64,000 bases of DNA from Phoronis australis (lineage: Eukaryota > Animalia > Phoronida), in contig NMRA01000008.1 in assembly GCA_002633005.1 (NCBI GenBank), forward strand, positions 1,724,879-1,788,878, read 5' to 3'. Positions 37,501 to 51,639 of this stretch are shown here, in pieces. Position 1 is the stretch's first letter. Every line of letters begins with the position of its first letter. Below the pieces are notes generated by a model that had not been told where the DNA came from, did no database searches, and saw nothing but the letters and a program-made list of their open reading frames with translations. The position numbers and the translations under genes are program-made.

Positions 37501-40500
37501 TGGATAAGAACATAAGATTTAGGACACTGTGTCTTTCTAATCAGAGACTTGTTATTCATTGAGGAGATAGCACCAGAAAGGCCCAGGGGGGAAATCTCTT
37601 TAAAGTGGCTATGCTCCTTCCATCCAAGAAGTTAAACCAACTTTTCATTGCAACTAAGTGTTAACCTGGTGTCGTCATGTTTCTTATTCAGATAAAAATT
37701 GCTTTGCGGGCTTGGAAAAATATTTTTCTCCTTGTGGTGACAAGCCAATTTGTTGAACCTCAGGTTTAAAGCAATAATGACTTGTCAGTTATTTCCAAGC
37801 TCACAAATTACTTCTAATCTGATTAGTAAGGGACAAATTGAAACCAATTAATCAAGCGTATTGGTTGAAATTAAATGCTAGTTTTTTTATGAGAGGCAGG
37901 TTTATGGCTGATTTTATAGCCTGAACAGAAAGCTGGGCTGTCATTAAGAAACCCAGTACAGATAAAAATTGACCATGGTCTGATGGTCTGATGGTTGGAG
38001 TTTAATGTGAACACAATAGCCCATTGAATTCACTCCAGCTTCTTGGGCTGCTTGGTCAACAATGGAATACTTTATGACACCTCAATGTGTCATAAAACTA
38101 TATGCCTGTTGACTGTTGGCAGCACAGCCTGATGGCTCTCTATTGTGTTGGCAGGGAATAGATGAAGTTATTGAAACTTGCACTTCAGTGGACCAAGTTA
38201 TTTAGGTTTTGGCTTTAATTTTCATCCAAGGTCTTATTTTAGGATAAGTCTGTCCTTTGTTCTTCATGAAAAGAATCCTGTGTTGACACCCTTACTGGTT
38301 GAGATTGGGCAACTTGATGGGTTTGCACACCTGTCAGGAATTTCCCCAGTTCAGATCAATAGACACCATGCCATTGTGGTTAATTAAATCACCTCAGGCT
38401 GCTTATTGTTCTCGGTGATAGTGAGACCATCATAAACACATTAGGGGTGACAATAGTATTTTTAAATTTTCACTTTGAAAGTTTGGAAATAGCATATTTT
38501 AATAATTCGCAAAAAGCACACGTGATTAAGTTTTTGGATTTTGAAAATTGGACAAGGAATGTGACTTTTACAACCCAAAACGTTTGTTTAATGTTGCAAT
38601 AACATGTTCCTCATTAATTCTGCTGGGTGTGCAACATAATTAGACCAATCACCAAACCACCAAGCAGCAGTTGGATTTTGAGGTAAACCAAGTGCCATCA
38701 TACAATTCTTGGCATGTAATCGAAAATATTGTTATTCTTTCTGCAAGCAACCATTTATTTATACAATCCTTTATGATTAAACAGTCTACAGTAAAAAAAA
38801 TCTACAATTTGGGACAAAAGTAGTTGTTGAAATTGCTCTACTTCTATTTTTCAGAGGCTAATACCACGTTGTTGCAAATGCTCAATGTTTTACCAAATGT
38901 TGTTTGACAATAGCTACGCTGTGCTGACAGCTAAGTAAATATTCCTAAAAAGTTACTTTTTTGGAGAAATTTAACAAAATGAAATTTCACCTGTCTACCA
39001 TATTTTGTCCCGAACTGAAGAATTTTGACAGTAATTCAATTCAACTGAAAATACCTGGCATCAGCCACGTTTTCAGGGTGAAGAATTTCTCAGTGTTGAA
39101 AGTCAAGATTTATTGTTGTTATATTAATTTTGTGAGTTATGTTGTTGTTTTTTTTCCTTAGAGGCCCCACTGACTGGAGAACAACTACACTCGGCTGTAA
39201 ACATGAATGACCCAAACAGGATAGAGTCTATTATGGAGACAGGGTAATGATCAAACTTTGTAATCCATTATTTTGTGTATTGATTTTAATGCAGTCTATC
39301 TAATTAAACTTTAATGTGTGTTAACTTTTGACATATTGTTTGCAGTTTACTCGCCTATACATTTATTATTCACTAAAGTGACTGAATGCAATTGAATGCA
39401 ATACAAATTAAAACAAGTCTCTTGGGCTATAAGCTTCCTAGTAATACAAATTAACATATAAGCAGTTATATATAATGCAGGCTACTCTTGCGACAATCTA
39501 GGGCCCTAGTCAAAAACTTCACAAGATCTTTTGGATAATTTAGGAGCAAGTCTAGAAGAGAGAATTCACTTGGGAACTGCGTTTTTAAACGATTATATCT
39601 AGTGCATACAAAAATATAATGTATTCCGTCTTCAGTTAAATTTCGGTTACACATTTTAACGTAACCTTTCGTTTAATGGAGTTCCTGAAAACCTCCTTAA
39701 TTCTTCCTCATGTAGTGGAAATGATAAAGTTTTCATTGTAACTCTACAGAAGATTGGAGTTTTAAAAAATCTCTCCCTTTAAAATGCTGTTTTAGGACAT
39801 TGTTGTTTGCGTAGTAATATGATAAAATGTACGACTTATTGAAGACAAAACTATTCTTAAGCTGCTCACAAGTTTTTTGTTTTTGGTTTTTGTAACTCTT
39901 GTTGCTGTGGGTAAACACAAAACTATGTGAGCCCAGGAATTAGAGATTTCAGTAGCAAAAGGTGTGTGTTAAAATTTGAAGTAAGGTGCAGAAATGGTTA
40001 AATTTGTTTGAGAATATTACATGCACCCTAATGTAAATATAGTGTATCGCAGCAGCAAAAAAACGAAGAATGTTGCTCGGGATGAAAAGCAACATTTAAC
40101 TCTGGTTATGAGAACTGTAAGGCATCAAGAAGTCCTCGCTAGTGTGTATACCTGATGGATTTGAAGTCTGTGGCTATCAAATGCTTAATGGTCTGATATA
40201 ATGTGCCTGAATTTTGAGAACCAGTTTTCTCCTCTGAATAACGGGCATCAAACTGGTTCTCAAAAACCAGGCACGTTATATCAGACTATTGCCATCAAAT
40301 GTCCATTAACGTGCTGTCCTTTTGATCATGATTCATAGTTTATTCATGAAGCTTTATTCCTTTCAGTGAAGTTAACATAGAAGTCACCGACAAATATGGT
40401 TTCACGCCTCTTATGGTTGCTTCTCAGAAAGGATTTACGGAGTAAGTGTCTTTTTGCTGTAATTGATATTTTAAGATAAATCAAGCGCTACGTCAGAGTG

Positions 40501-43500
40501 TCAAAATTGGCCAACTTCAAAGTAGGATGAAATAAGAATATGGAACAGTTTGTTAAGCTAAAACTAACGCGTACAATACAAGGCAAATGTAATCTGACAA
40601 AATACCGTTTTGCTGGCATCATGGGTAATTCTGTTAGCACAAAAATGACTGATAATAACTGTTATGGCAGCAAAATTCTGATTACGGAATGACTCGGCCA
40701 CTTTACTAACTCTCCTGTTAATTCCTCCGTGTTGTCGATTGCGAAGGGAGACAACTCTGGCGTTGAATTCAGCTTCTACCCAGCCATCACGACGGGAGAA
40801 TTCACGATAATTTTGTCCAAATACTTTAGCTTGTTAGAAGTTATGAGCTCAGTTTCACCTCTGTGTAACCATAGAAAAGCAGAAGTGTTAGCTTGCGCCA
40901 TTTCACGACTTGGTTTCTTATGACCATTGCAAAATAAATCAAAAACTTTTGACAATTGTCGTTGTGGGAAACTGTGTCTCAAGGTAATAGTCAGGTCACC
41001 AAACAGCATTGAAACAAAACTGCACTGTGAATGAAATTTTTGTAGATGTATTTGCATGCTCCAAACTATGCTAATGGAGAACAGGAACTAAACGACAATG
41101 CTATTTTAACATAATCTATGATAAACAAAGTGCAGTTGTATTCATTGGTAACTTGTAAATGTGAAAACAAAAATTTATGCAGATAGGTGAACTTTGCACT
41201 ATTGACATACCTAGTGCGTTCACGTAGCCCACATCATGCAGTGTTATTCCCCAGCACCATGTCACGATACTTACTGTACATGATTCATTGATTTGCAGCA
41301 GATCATTTTCACTACATAACTCGTTTTTGGCAACTTTCAACCTATTTCATATTCACATTCATTTGCCTCTATATGTTGTGTTTCTAGCTAATTTGGCCCA
41401 GCAGTCACAGAGATAATAACTATGTAAATGTTATTGGATGCTTTCTGATCATATGCTTGTTGTTTTTCAGTTGTGTTGAGAAGTTGCTTGACTTAGGTGC
41501 TGATGTGGATGGAGTGAACGATGCAGGGAAGACGGCGTGAGTACTACAGTGCAGGATCCTTGTTGATATTAAAATAACACACATCCCTGTTTTACCCTGT
41601 TAACAGGATGATGCTAAAATAACACATTGCCCTGTTTTACCCTCATATAGTTCTCTACCGGTATCTGATCCCGCATGATCAGTCAACACATTGCTGTAAT
41701 TTGAATGTCTCCCATGGTGCTTTGTCTCTACCGTACGCTAAGGCCAAGTCTAAACCAATGTTGACCTCTGTTTGACAATAAGGCTGAAAGCTACAGAACT
41801 GTAATTGTTGTTCATTGTTTATACGCCACCTGTTGGTCAAGTCTTATAAAATTCTGATTTCAAATCTGAAATGCCTGATGTCCTAATTGGGCTCGAAACC
41901 TGCGTGTAACACGTACTCACTGATTTCGGCATGTAGAAGGATTATTTTTCGTCATACGTTTGTATGGACTCAGAGGGAGGGATGGAATTGTTGTTATGGA
42001 GAATTTAGTAATTCTAATCATTGACAAGTCTAAATACCAAACACAGTGGTCTCAACTAGGACATGTTACACAGCCTCTCCCCTTATCACGTTCATTCTCC
42101 CTCCCCTGTTTATTCCCACGTGCCATTCATACATATTCTGTCTGTATTTTATCTCGGGCTTTGAAGCTCGACTCGGAAATTGACCGACTGCATGCCATGC
42201 TTTGAGTAAACTGTCAAATCTGTACTGAAATCGTGCAGCACGATTGGTAAAATTTAGTGTTCCAATCAAATCTTGAGTTCGGAGATTGGATCCTGTGCTC
42301 TGATTCTTCAGCTTACCCGAGGATAAACTTTATTTTGTTGGTTGGCAGGTGGGTGGGTGGGTAAGTGGTTCGGCGGGTTTAACTGAATTTCAATTCTGTA
42401 ATAACAGTACAATTCTAGACAGTGCAAAATTGTCCATTCATAGTTTTTGTATAGCTATGGAAACTAAAGATGGTTGTTACTTCTGCTTTTGTTGCTATTC
42501 TAATCATGGTAAACTGAGGTTTAATTATTAAACTAATTTCCATTCATATGCATGTTATGAAGTTTTTAAATTACCGGTAATATGAAACAAAAAAGTATTT
42601 TCAATCAATATTTCATTACACCATGCGATCATGTGTACATTGCAGGTTAATGTTAGCATGCTTCAGCGGTCGTCTGCCAGCAGTAGAGACTCTGCGTGAA
42701 CATGGCGCATCATATACTATGCAAGACAAAGGTGGCTCCACCCCACTTCACTGGGCGGTCGACGGCGGCAATTGTGAACTCATCGAGTGGATGCTAGACG
42801 ATGGCGCTGATGTTAACCTAAAGTCCGGAGAATCACAGTGGACTCCCTTGCTTCGAAATGGTATTGTTCCATCTACATAAAGAATTTGTATGGTCTCTTA
42901 CCAAAAACTAAATGAATGCGTTTTCAAGTCTGAGCAGATTTCAAGTCTAAACTTTGTGTCAACTTCCAAACTTTGAAACTTCCACATCCGGTAAGTTAGT
43001 CAAACTTAGATTAAGATCACTTTCTAGGAGGAGACTTAAGGCAACTTGAAGTTTTATCTTAAAATGGACTTAAGTTTAAGATTTGTAATAGCTAAGTCAA
43101 TTTTCTTGGTACTGACTCCTGGCCTCTGAATGCAGGTGAACTTGGTGGGCTAGTCTTTGAAGTAATGTCAGTAAATGGTTTGTTAACAGCGGCTGTTAAG
43201 GGTGACCCCCAAGTGGCCAAAATGTTGCTTGATCATGGTGCCAACATTGATGACAAGGACGTTGATGGCAAAACACCTCTAATGATGGCGGTGATCAATG
43301 GAAACACAGCATTAGTGGAGTTACTGCTAAATAACAACGCTGACTTGAACGTTCAAAATGAGGTGAGTAGTTGACTATCGTAGAAGGTATTCCTTGAATT
43401 TTGGTTATAGTAATGTTCAAGTATATGTACGCCTTTTTTCAGCCAAAAGAATCCTGGTAAACATTCTGTTGTGTATCGTGAAACTCTCAGCGTCACACTA

Positions 43501-45396
43501 CAATCGTCCATGCATGTCTTTCTCTTATCAAAGTAAGAGAAGCTTTGGATGGGCCGAAACAGGCAACCTTGGCCAAAAACATTAGTTACTTTAAATGCAA
43601 AGCCGCCCATTTTTTATAAAGCTCTTAATTGGTTTCCACATGATTTTTTCCTGTTTTTGGCGATCATATTCTGAAAAGTATGTTTGCGGGGTGACAGGGC
43701 TCTTACTGTTTGGCGATATGTTAATGGCTCTGCTAAGCTGTGGGTGTTACTTTGTCTTTCTGACTCACAACACTGGATCACGTTAGCAGTACTAACGAAA
43801 TTATAATGAAAATTGGTTATTATGCAAAATTTGGTTTTTGGAAACTTGCTTTCACAGCTATGGCTATGAAATGTCTCAACTTTCAACTTTCAAATGTACA
43901 ATGTTTGTTATAAATGGTGACGCGTTTATTTCAATTATTTACGTTATTACATCGTGTAATGGATTTGAAAAGTGATGTTTTCATATTGTTATTTCTTGTT
44001 CCCTTTGCATTTCAGTTTGGCAAGTCAATATTTGAAATGGCACAGACTATGGATAAGAGGGTGAGTTTTTGGAGGGTGACTTTATTTTGAACCTTTTTAT
44101 TAAATATTTTGTTTAAATTTTTTGTAATACCATTTTGTTAGCCAGATTGTCAATCTGGGCTTGGCTGTTTAAAACCCATGTGAGTAATAAAACAATTATC
44201 TTCGCTCAAGGGCCGTAAATCTGTTGTTAATGTGTTTGCTTAGAGAGGCCTACTAAGACAGTCGCATAGCTTAGAGCTGCCTTCACAAAGAACTGCTTTC
44301 ACTCTCCTTGCATACCAATTTCAAAAGGCTGCCCATGATTCTAAGCCACTATTCGGACTGGTTATCTGGGGCGTATCCAAACATTCTCACGTGTGTGTGC
44401 TTGTTAGGGCCGGTTATGGTGCTCAAGCAAACGAGCATGGGGGAACTTGATTTTCAACAATGTATTGTAATTGTAAATGAACAAACAAACCATCACCACT
44501 ATCATTTAAGGTGGATGACTAGATATCCTGTTGGAGCAAACATAGTGCAGGCCAAAATAAAAATAATCAGACACAATGACCCTGAAGTCACTGTCACAAC
44601 CCTCAGTGACATGACAGCTGCAGAGCAATAGTGGACTTCCCCATCATGACGTTGAAGCAATATTTTCTGATTCCGTGTAACCTGTAGTGTAAAGTCTTCC
44701 TACAGGTGGTGTTGGTGATCACTATTTCGACTGTGTTACACTGACTTGTAGCGCCACCTGTCATGTTGACATTATTTGCTCCTGAGGAATCTCTCAAACA
44801 TCCATGTAGATGTAGCACTGGAACAGCGCTCAGTGCCTGCTACTGTCCAATGCTCACAGACTAACTCTTAAGAGTTAAGCACAAATTGTCCAAGTAAACC
44901 AAAAGTCTGACTTCTGCGCGTTCGACTTTTATATCATTTAGACAAGGTGAAAAGACTGTTTAATTTGAACCATCTATATTCATCACTTTATGTTTTTATA
45001 GTACCTGTTTACCTTGGTGTATTAGGCCAAGAGAAGCATAGTTGGTTCTGGTCTCTACCCTGATTCATTCTGAGACCTGTGCTCACTGATAGCTAAATAA
45101 CAGTAAAAAAAGTTTTTAACACCATGATTTAACAAGCGGTGAGTAAAAAAACAAATTCTGGAACAGTTTTGCTTGTCTTAGGTGGATTTTCTTTTTTTTT
45201 AAGTGAACAACACCACTGAATGGATTTTCCAAAATAACAGAGACCTGAATCAACTATTCATTTTTAGCCTTATGGTTGATACTGTTATCTAGGATTGTTA
45301 ATGTCTTTTTTATTTCAGTTGGTGATTCGGACATTAGAAGATTTTATGGTGAAGAACAACATGATGAGTCAACACAAAATCTCCCCTCCTAAGTGA
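28568..45396 (+). CDS. FANK1: Fibronectin type III and ankyrin repeat domains protein 1, ~346 aa
   Basis: Exons 28568-28574 (ATGTCCG|gtaagt, inferred), 33951-34125, 35256-35380, 39162-39243, 40367-40441, 41471-41536, 42646-42860, 43190-43362, 44016-44060, 45319-45396; in phase. FN3 part KPPAPSVGKVTHHSVELTW...[22 protein letters not shown], then ankyrin repeats (GFTPLMVASQKG, GSTPLHWAVDGG, GKTPLMMAVING), collinear with human FANK1. Confidence 0.95.
34270..34352 (-). mobile_element. tRNA-like SINE head (degenerate)
   Basis: Minus strand taactcagtggttaaagca (A box) ... gattcccagttggggttcctgattttt. Confidence 0.4.
39380..39900 (-). mobile_element. Degenerate LINE 3' fragment in a FANK1 intron
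   Basis: Translation ..CNRNLTEDGIHYIFVCTRYNRLK.. matches the ORF2 C-terminal CCHC zinc knuckle pattern C-x-x-C...EDExHFxxxCxxY. Frameshifts and stops lie upstream. Confidence 0.6.
40187..40290. repeat. ~100-bp near-perfect palindrome (hairpin-type MITE)
   Basis: aatggtctgatataatgtgcctgaattttgagaaccagttt pairs with aaactggttctcaaaaaccaggcacgttatatcagactatt across a ~20-nt loop. Confidence 0.8.
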
Positions 45397-48300
45397 AAAA
45401 ACAGCGGCCTCTTTTCCTTTGCCTCATCTGGTGTAAACTTTCAATTTCACAACACAGATATAAGTGCAAGGTTGTCATTTTTCAGTTTTGAAATCTGAAT
45501 ACGCATTCCAAAAAGTATATTGTTCAATGACAGCTTTTTATTAGTGATATTTCTTTTATACTTGATTTTGTTAAGAAATTGGCAAACTCTAATGCCACTT
45601 TAAATCTGCTGTGTTATGTTGGAAGTCGAAGAATCCTTACCTTTTCTGTTACTTTTTTGTTGTACATTTAACTCTCAATGCACCCATGTTCTGTTGAAAC
45701 TATTTTGTTTTAAAAACTCAGCATTATAAGTTTGGTCTCAGCTTGTTTTTTGCTTGGATTTGAAGCCCTCTCTTTGCTAAGAAGAATTGGCGGGTCATTA
45801 TTGGTTGAGACCAGGCTCAGTAATCTGGTCGTCACGGCAACTTGTAAGTTGTTCAGCTACAAGGAACTCTCAATTTTTACTAAGGTCAAATCTTCCCTGG
45901 AGTAGAGGTCATTTCTTATCTGAGGAGTTTGAGCTGAAGCTAATTTTATGTTGATAAGTGGTTTAATTGAGGGTAAGGGTTTCTGATAGAAGAGATTCAT
46001 TGGGATTTTTAAGTTCAAACAGTCATTAAATAACAAGCATCTGTTTTTTATGCTTTTCTTTATTCTAGTCCCAGAGTTTGAGAATCTGGACGTTTGTTTT
46101 GCAAATTTGTCCATTGTCCACATTTTTTCATGTTCAGTAATTTTCACAGTTGCTAGATGTTTGCGATTTCCAAAGAACATGCTGTGCTGTTATAAAGTTT
46201 TGAGGTGTTTCGAAAAATTTTTGGGCGGTTGTTTTTATAACACTGTCATTCCTTCATTAAGATTGCATTGGAGAGACTTGTTATTAACATTAGAACCAAA
46301 TCGCTCTTAAAAGCGGTGTCAGTCCTTGTTTTTGCATTTATTCAATTAATTTAATTTATCTTATATTGCGCATTATGATATCACATTCCAAAAAATTCAA
46401 AATTTATAAATATGTATCTATGCTTATTTTCTGCTACATTTGCTCCAACCTTTTGTCAGTTCTTCTGAGTATAGAACTTCTGAGTAGGCAAGGTGAGTTG
46501 AGCTGTTCTCACTCATGGGATTGTGGAGGTTATTAATTGATATCGAACAGTTATTGAAGATTCTGAATGAGCATAATGCCCTCCTTGTAGTTAAAGTGTT
46601 ATTTCACAGTAATGAGACTGCATGCTAGTACATGTGCCTTGCCCATTTTCCCATTTTGTGAGGTGCTGTAAGGTCAAGCTAGTACAATACAAAGTCTTAA
46701 TAGCTAATGCAGTCTTGCAAAGTGGCCACTGCTGAAACCAATAGGACAGTTTTCTTGAATGTTGAATTACGGGTGAACATGGTGAATGTAAAATTGCTAT
46801 TTTTGTTGTATGTGCCATGAGTAGCTGCTGCTGCTAAACACGCCTCTTTTTATATCTCTTCAAATTCTACTGCAATCAAATCCACCCTATTTTCACGAGT
46901 GTAGTGTAGATTTTGCACCAAGGTTGCACGTGTTTTGTTTCATTGGCCCGTAGTCTTGGAGTAGTTGAAAATTTGTCAAAGATCGCGAAAAGTGTGGCAC
47001 CTGGGATCAGTTGTAGCAAGCAGTGGTTGACACTTGGATGGCGCAAAAATTGGGTTAATCTTGCTCATTTGCGTTCAGACGGAATGACAAATTGCCGACC
47101 TGGTTTCTCCCTCACACACCAAACATTGTCACCTCCAGTGTTCTGTTCTTGCAGCAAGATGTTTTTCCTAACGTTTTTCTCTTTCTCCTAAGTTCTCGTT
47201 TATAGACAGATCTGAGCCTACACTGCATGGTGTCATTCACCAAGCACATGCAACACTTCTTAGAATTAAAGAGTGAAAAGAGTTGCTGTTTATTACGTAA
47301 CAGACTCTGTGTTTGCTGGAATGGAATTGGGGTGCATGAGAAAAGAAATTAGTTCTTAAGATAAAAATTGCAATGGAATACTGCTTTGAGGATGCCGGCT
47401 ATCCCTCATCGAGGAAAATAGTCCACCTTCAAAATCCACGAATCTAACTCCTTCTGACTGCTTGGCCACGGGTCTGTTTTATTACTATTAAGTTAGTAGT
47501 GTTTAAAACTCTAGTTTCATTTTTGTTTTTGGCGATTGTTGGCCATGATATTGCCAATACCACCAGTGCTTTAAGATTTCTGCATTGCACGAGCAGTTAA
47601 GTGAAAAGACGTGTGTATTCGTGTTTAACAGTCACGTGTGGACATGACGTGATATCAAGACCACCCAACTTTACTGCCATACTCGACCTCGCATAAATTG
47701 CCATCGGTGAATTTCGTGAGGCACTCGCTTGGATTGTCACTCAAATGTGCCAGTGGCACAATCTCATTTCGAGTTCAATTTCGAAGTGAAGTTTTCTGGT
47801 TTCTGATCCAGATGAAGAGACATGTCTACCTTTTGGTGAAATATGAATGAAGTCGATTTTCTTTTAGCCCTACCCAATATTGCTGGGTCAGACCGTACCA
47901 ACGAATTAGAATCTGTAAATTGCATGTTAAGCCAGCCTGACTGGCACTGTTTTCTCATTCTCTGGCATATAATTAAACTGTCTAACAGTGAGGTCAAAAG
48001 TTATAAAATAATCATTTTGTGGACAAGATCCGTTTAAGTAAATGAATTTCAGGGAATTTCTACTTAGTACTGAGAAAGTTTTTTTTTACCAGGAAAACTG
48101 CATTTGGCCTTTTTCGTAATTACGAAATGGGATGGATTACTGAGACTGGTCAGTCGGTGCCATAGAAATGGCTAAGTTTTTGGTCTTTTACCGTGATATT
48201 GATGTTAACTGTGATATATGAATTGCAAAATTATTGCCACTGAGATCAAACTTGAGCTGTGACAACTGTGCCCACGGCTTATAACTGTGACTTTAGGTTA

Positions 48301-49385
48301 TAGTTTAACACGTACTAGTACTGTTTGGTGCCAGCATTCGGTGGTCTTAATGGCTTACTTCTTCCACTGTTTTGTCCTAAAGCTTGTATTTGTGTAAATA
48401 AATATTCTGTTGGTTACCACCGCGAGTTTCTTTATTTCATCTGTGAGTGCTTGCATCGTTCGTGTGACCCATATCAGCCCTCAAACTTTTAAAAAATTGA
48501 TGACGTCACGATGGCAGTTGCCAAGTGTTTGAAGAAACCGTTCACAAAACTGGTCTTTATTAAGGTAAATTGTTTTGTACTCATTTCGGGCAAGAATTAT
48601 GGAACATTCTGACGAAAATTGATCCAATGAGAATAAATTCTAGAAAGCATTTGAGACGGAACCCGCATCGAGATAGCTAGATTAAATTTAGAACTAATCT
48701 CGTGAGGAAGTAGAATTTCCACGGCATCAAGATATGTAATCGGGTGACAAGATATACGGCTTAAACAACCAAGAAAGTGTGCGAAATTCACCCTAACTCG
48801 ATATACATGGTGAAAAAGCATATTAAAACACTCGTTCACTATCCAGTATCGTTATGCATTATGTTCTGGGGATTACTGTGTAATTATAGGTCACTATCAG
48901 TTGTTATTGTGATTACACGACATTGAAAAATAACTTTATACAAGAAATGGGAGATGGAAAGTTAGCAATTTATTATTGGAGGATAAAGAATAGTCGAGTA
49001 ACCCCCTCCCCCCAAAAAAACAAAATAAAAACAATTCTTGATGTAAAAAGTCAATCTACTACTCCTGTCTATGAGTTGGGGGGAACGAGAGCATCTCCAA
49101 TGAAGCTATTCTGGATGTAATTGATGACTCTCTTTCTAGAGGTTTAGAAATGTCGTGCATGGCGATGTCTCGCGAATTAAGTCTTGCGTGATCTTACGCT
49201 TTTTCGAGTGCGAATTATGTCTTCTGAACAGGCTACCAGGATGCGTGCCGTAGACGTAAAAATCTCGAGAATAAAGATGATATTCCGCCTGGGTCACTTG
49301 CTTCGCTTTGCAATGCGTGGCCAGACCTCACGAAACATCTTAATTTTCCTCTAGAATGCGACTCGGCCACTAGCAGCCAGGGCAC

Positions 49386-50075
49386 TTTTTTAAATGTTTA
49401 TTATGAAATATTCAGTACAATAAATATACATACCCAGAAAGCGCCAAGAGGCATTGTATCTGGGTTAAATACATACAAAGAAATCTATATACAATTATTA
49501 TACACGAATACATAAGTTAAAAATTACTGATGTTAAGCTTACAATGACATATGATTACGAATGTAAATAAACCATTTCCATAAACAACAAGTTATTTTGC
49601 ATGCATACAATTTTATCGACTAACACAAAGATATTTAACATTAAAAAGAAATTTTGGTGCTATTTCGAATAAAACCATGCTTTCATTTGGATCGAGTTCT
49701 TTACATCCATTTAGAAAAAAAAATAATTTCATTTACATTTGAGGAATATCTGAATATTTTTGTAAACATTGGGGTATGATTCGAGTGTCTGGAAAAGCTG
49801 TACCCTCTGCTCCCCGCATACCGTACAATGCTCCCCGCATACCGTACAAGCAAAAAAACATGAGTACGTGTCTGAGTGTCTCCACATGAACACAGAATTA
49901 AATTATTATTAAATTATGTCTAAGTTTGTCGTTGTTTAGGAACAGTCCGCATCTTGATCTGTATAGAATTATTTTATGGTTGCGAGGAAGTTGGAATGAT
50001 GTCAATGGGACTGGCAATTCTTGAGTAGTGATATGCAGTTTAAAGTTATTTTTGAGAGTGGCGATTGAAGTGCTT
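49386..50075 (-). mobile_element. LINE (CR1/L2-group) 3' end: ORF2 C-terminus, 3' UTR and A-rich tail
   Basis: Minus translation IILYRSRCGLFLNNDKLRHNL..., zinc knuckle CSCGDTQTRTHVFFAC, then FLNGCKELDPNESMVLFE; ends aataaacatttaaaaaaa. A 21-bp tandem duplication lies at 49808-49849. Confidence 0.65.
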
Positions 50076-50096
50076 TCACAAAACCTCATATATCGT

Positions 50097-50675
50097 CGCC
50101 AATTTGTATTCATGCCTGGTAACAGCACTGTGTCGCAACTTACAGAAATTGTACACGACATCCACCTCCAGTTTGAGCAAGGGTACAACGTCAGATCTGT
50201 ATTTTTAGACATTGCGTCAGCTTTTGATGTCGTTCCCCATGACCTGCTTCTACATAAATTACAATCTTACGGTTTCTCAGGCACTCTCCTCTTACTTTTA
50301 AAATCATATCTGGAAAATCGAACTTACAAAGTCCGAATTGAGGGTGTCTTATCACCTTCATCAACGCCAGGTTTCGTAAATGCTGGAGTACCAGAGGGTA
50401 GCGTACTAGGCCCCTTACTCTTTTTACTGTACATCAATGATCTTCCAGACACGATAAGCTCTAAAACATTCTTATATGCTGATGACACTGCAATATTCCA
50501 CCCATTCTCAAAAGAGCATCCCCATGACGCCATACAATTGCAAACTGACCTTAACAAACTCTATGACTGGTCTCACAAATGGAAGATGAAATTTAAACCT
50601 GAAAAAAGTGTTGATCTTATATTTTCTAAGTCTAATAATACTCATTTCCAAACAAATCCAACACTGGAATTGGAT
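50097..50675 (+). mobile_element. Non-LTR retrotransposon reverse transcriptase fragment (CR1/L2-group)
   Basis: [72 protein letters not shown] are RT motifs. Truncated at both ends. Confidence 0.92.
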
Positions 50676-50703
50676 CGTTCGTATGCACCTGTTGTGGCTA
50701 AAA

Positions 50704-50847
50704 CACGGGCGGCGCACCTAACGGAACTGGGGGGCTATAGCTTCCCCCACTTTTTCAGTGCTGCCCAGCCTATGGTCTATGGGCAGTGCACCACAGGGTG
50801 GCTGGGGGGCTATAACCCCCCATTTTTTCAGTGCTACGCCGCCCGTG
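50704..50847. mobile_element. GC-rich MITE (CACGGGCGGCG...CGCCGCCCGTG) inserted in the LINE
   Basis: TIRs visible, flanked by TAAAA/TAAAG (5-bp TSD, 1 mismatch). Removing it restores LINE codons AALATTGAY. Related sequence lies at ~28730-28860. Confidence 0.8.
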
Positions 50848-51639
50848 TAAAGCTGCCAGGTATTTTAGTCTTTCTAATTGAAGAAGTATCCTATGCCTTC
50901 GTGTGCTGATTGGTTGGTTATGTCACCAGTAATCTAGATGTGGAAGTACAAGCCAAGATGAGTATTACTATACTTAGCAAATATAAGATCAACAATTTTT
51001 TCAGGTTTAGATTTCATCTTCCATTTGTGAGATCAGTCATAGGGTTTATTTAGGTCAGTTTGTAATCGTAAGGAGTCATGGGGATGCTCTTTTGAGAATG
51101 GGTAGAACATTGCAGTGTCATCAGCATATAAGAATGTTTTAGAGTTTACTGTGTCTGGAAGATCATTGATGTACAGTGAGAAGAGTAAGGGGCCTAGTAC
51201 GCTGCCCTGTGGTATTCCAGCATTTACGAAACCTGCCTCCGTTCATTAACGCTAGGACCTCGCTAAAAAGCAAGACATCGCGAGATTACGTGAGATTGTT
51301 TCACCTGTCTTCGAGTTTTGTTTACTATATCCCAATATTCCTTAGAATTTTGGAGACAGTGTTGATGTTGGAGATGATTTTCATTTTAAGACTTATTTTG
51401 TCTTTATAATTAATTCTTCCACAATGTTGCACTCACCTGTTCTTTGTATCACTTAAACGTGCACGGGTTATTTGATTTTCTGACTGATCTGTACAGTTTA
51501 TTCCTTTATTTATTTCAGACTTGATCTTGTTGTTAACCACGGTTTGTTCTTGTTTTTTAATGTTTTCATGGTTGATGGGATATTCTTATCTAGTACGATG
51601 TATTGTAACTGAGTAAATGATGAGACTGCGTCATTTATG

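Noticed and set aside
50028-50909. 293-aa ORF as an intact or domesticated RT gene, retron or DGR
   Set aside because: Chimeric: the N-terminus reads antisense LINE sequence and the C-terminus reads through a MITE. The RT is truncated, with no endonuclease domain and no accessory genes or template repeat.
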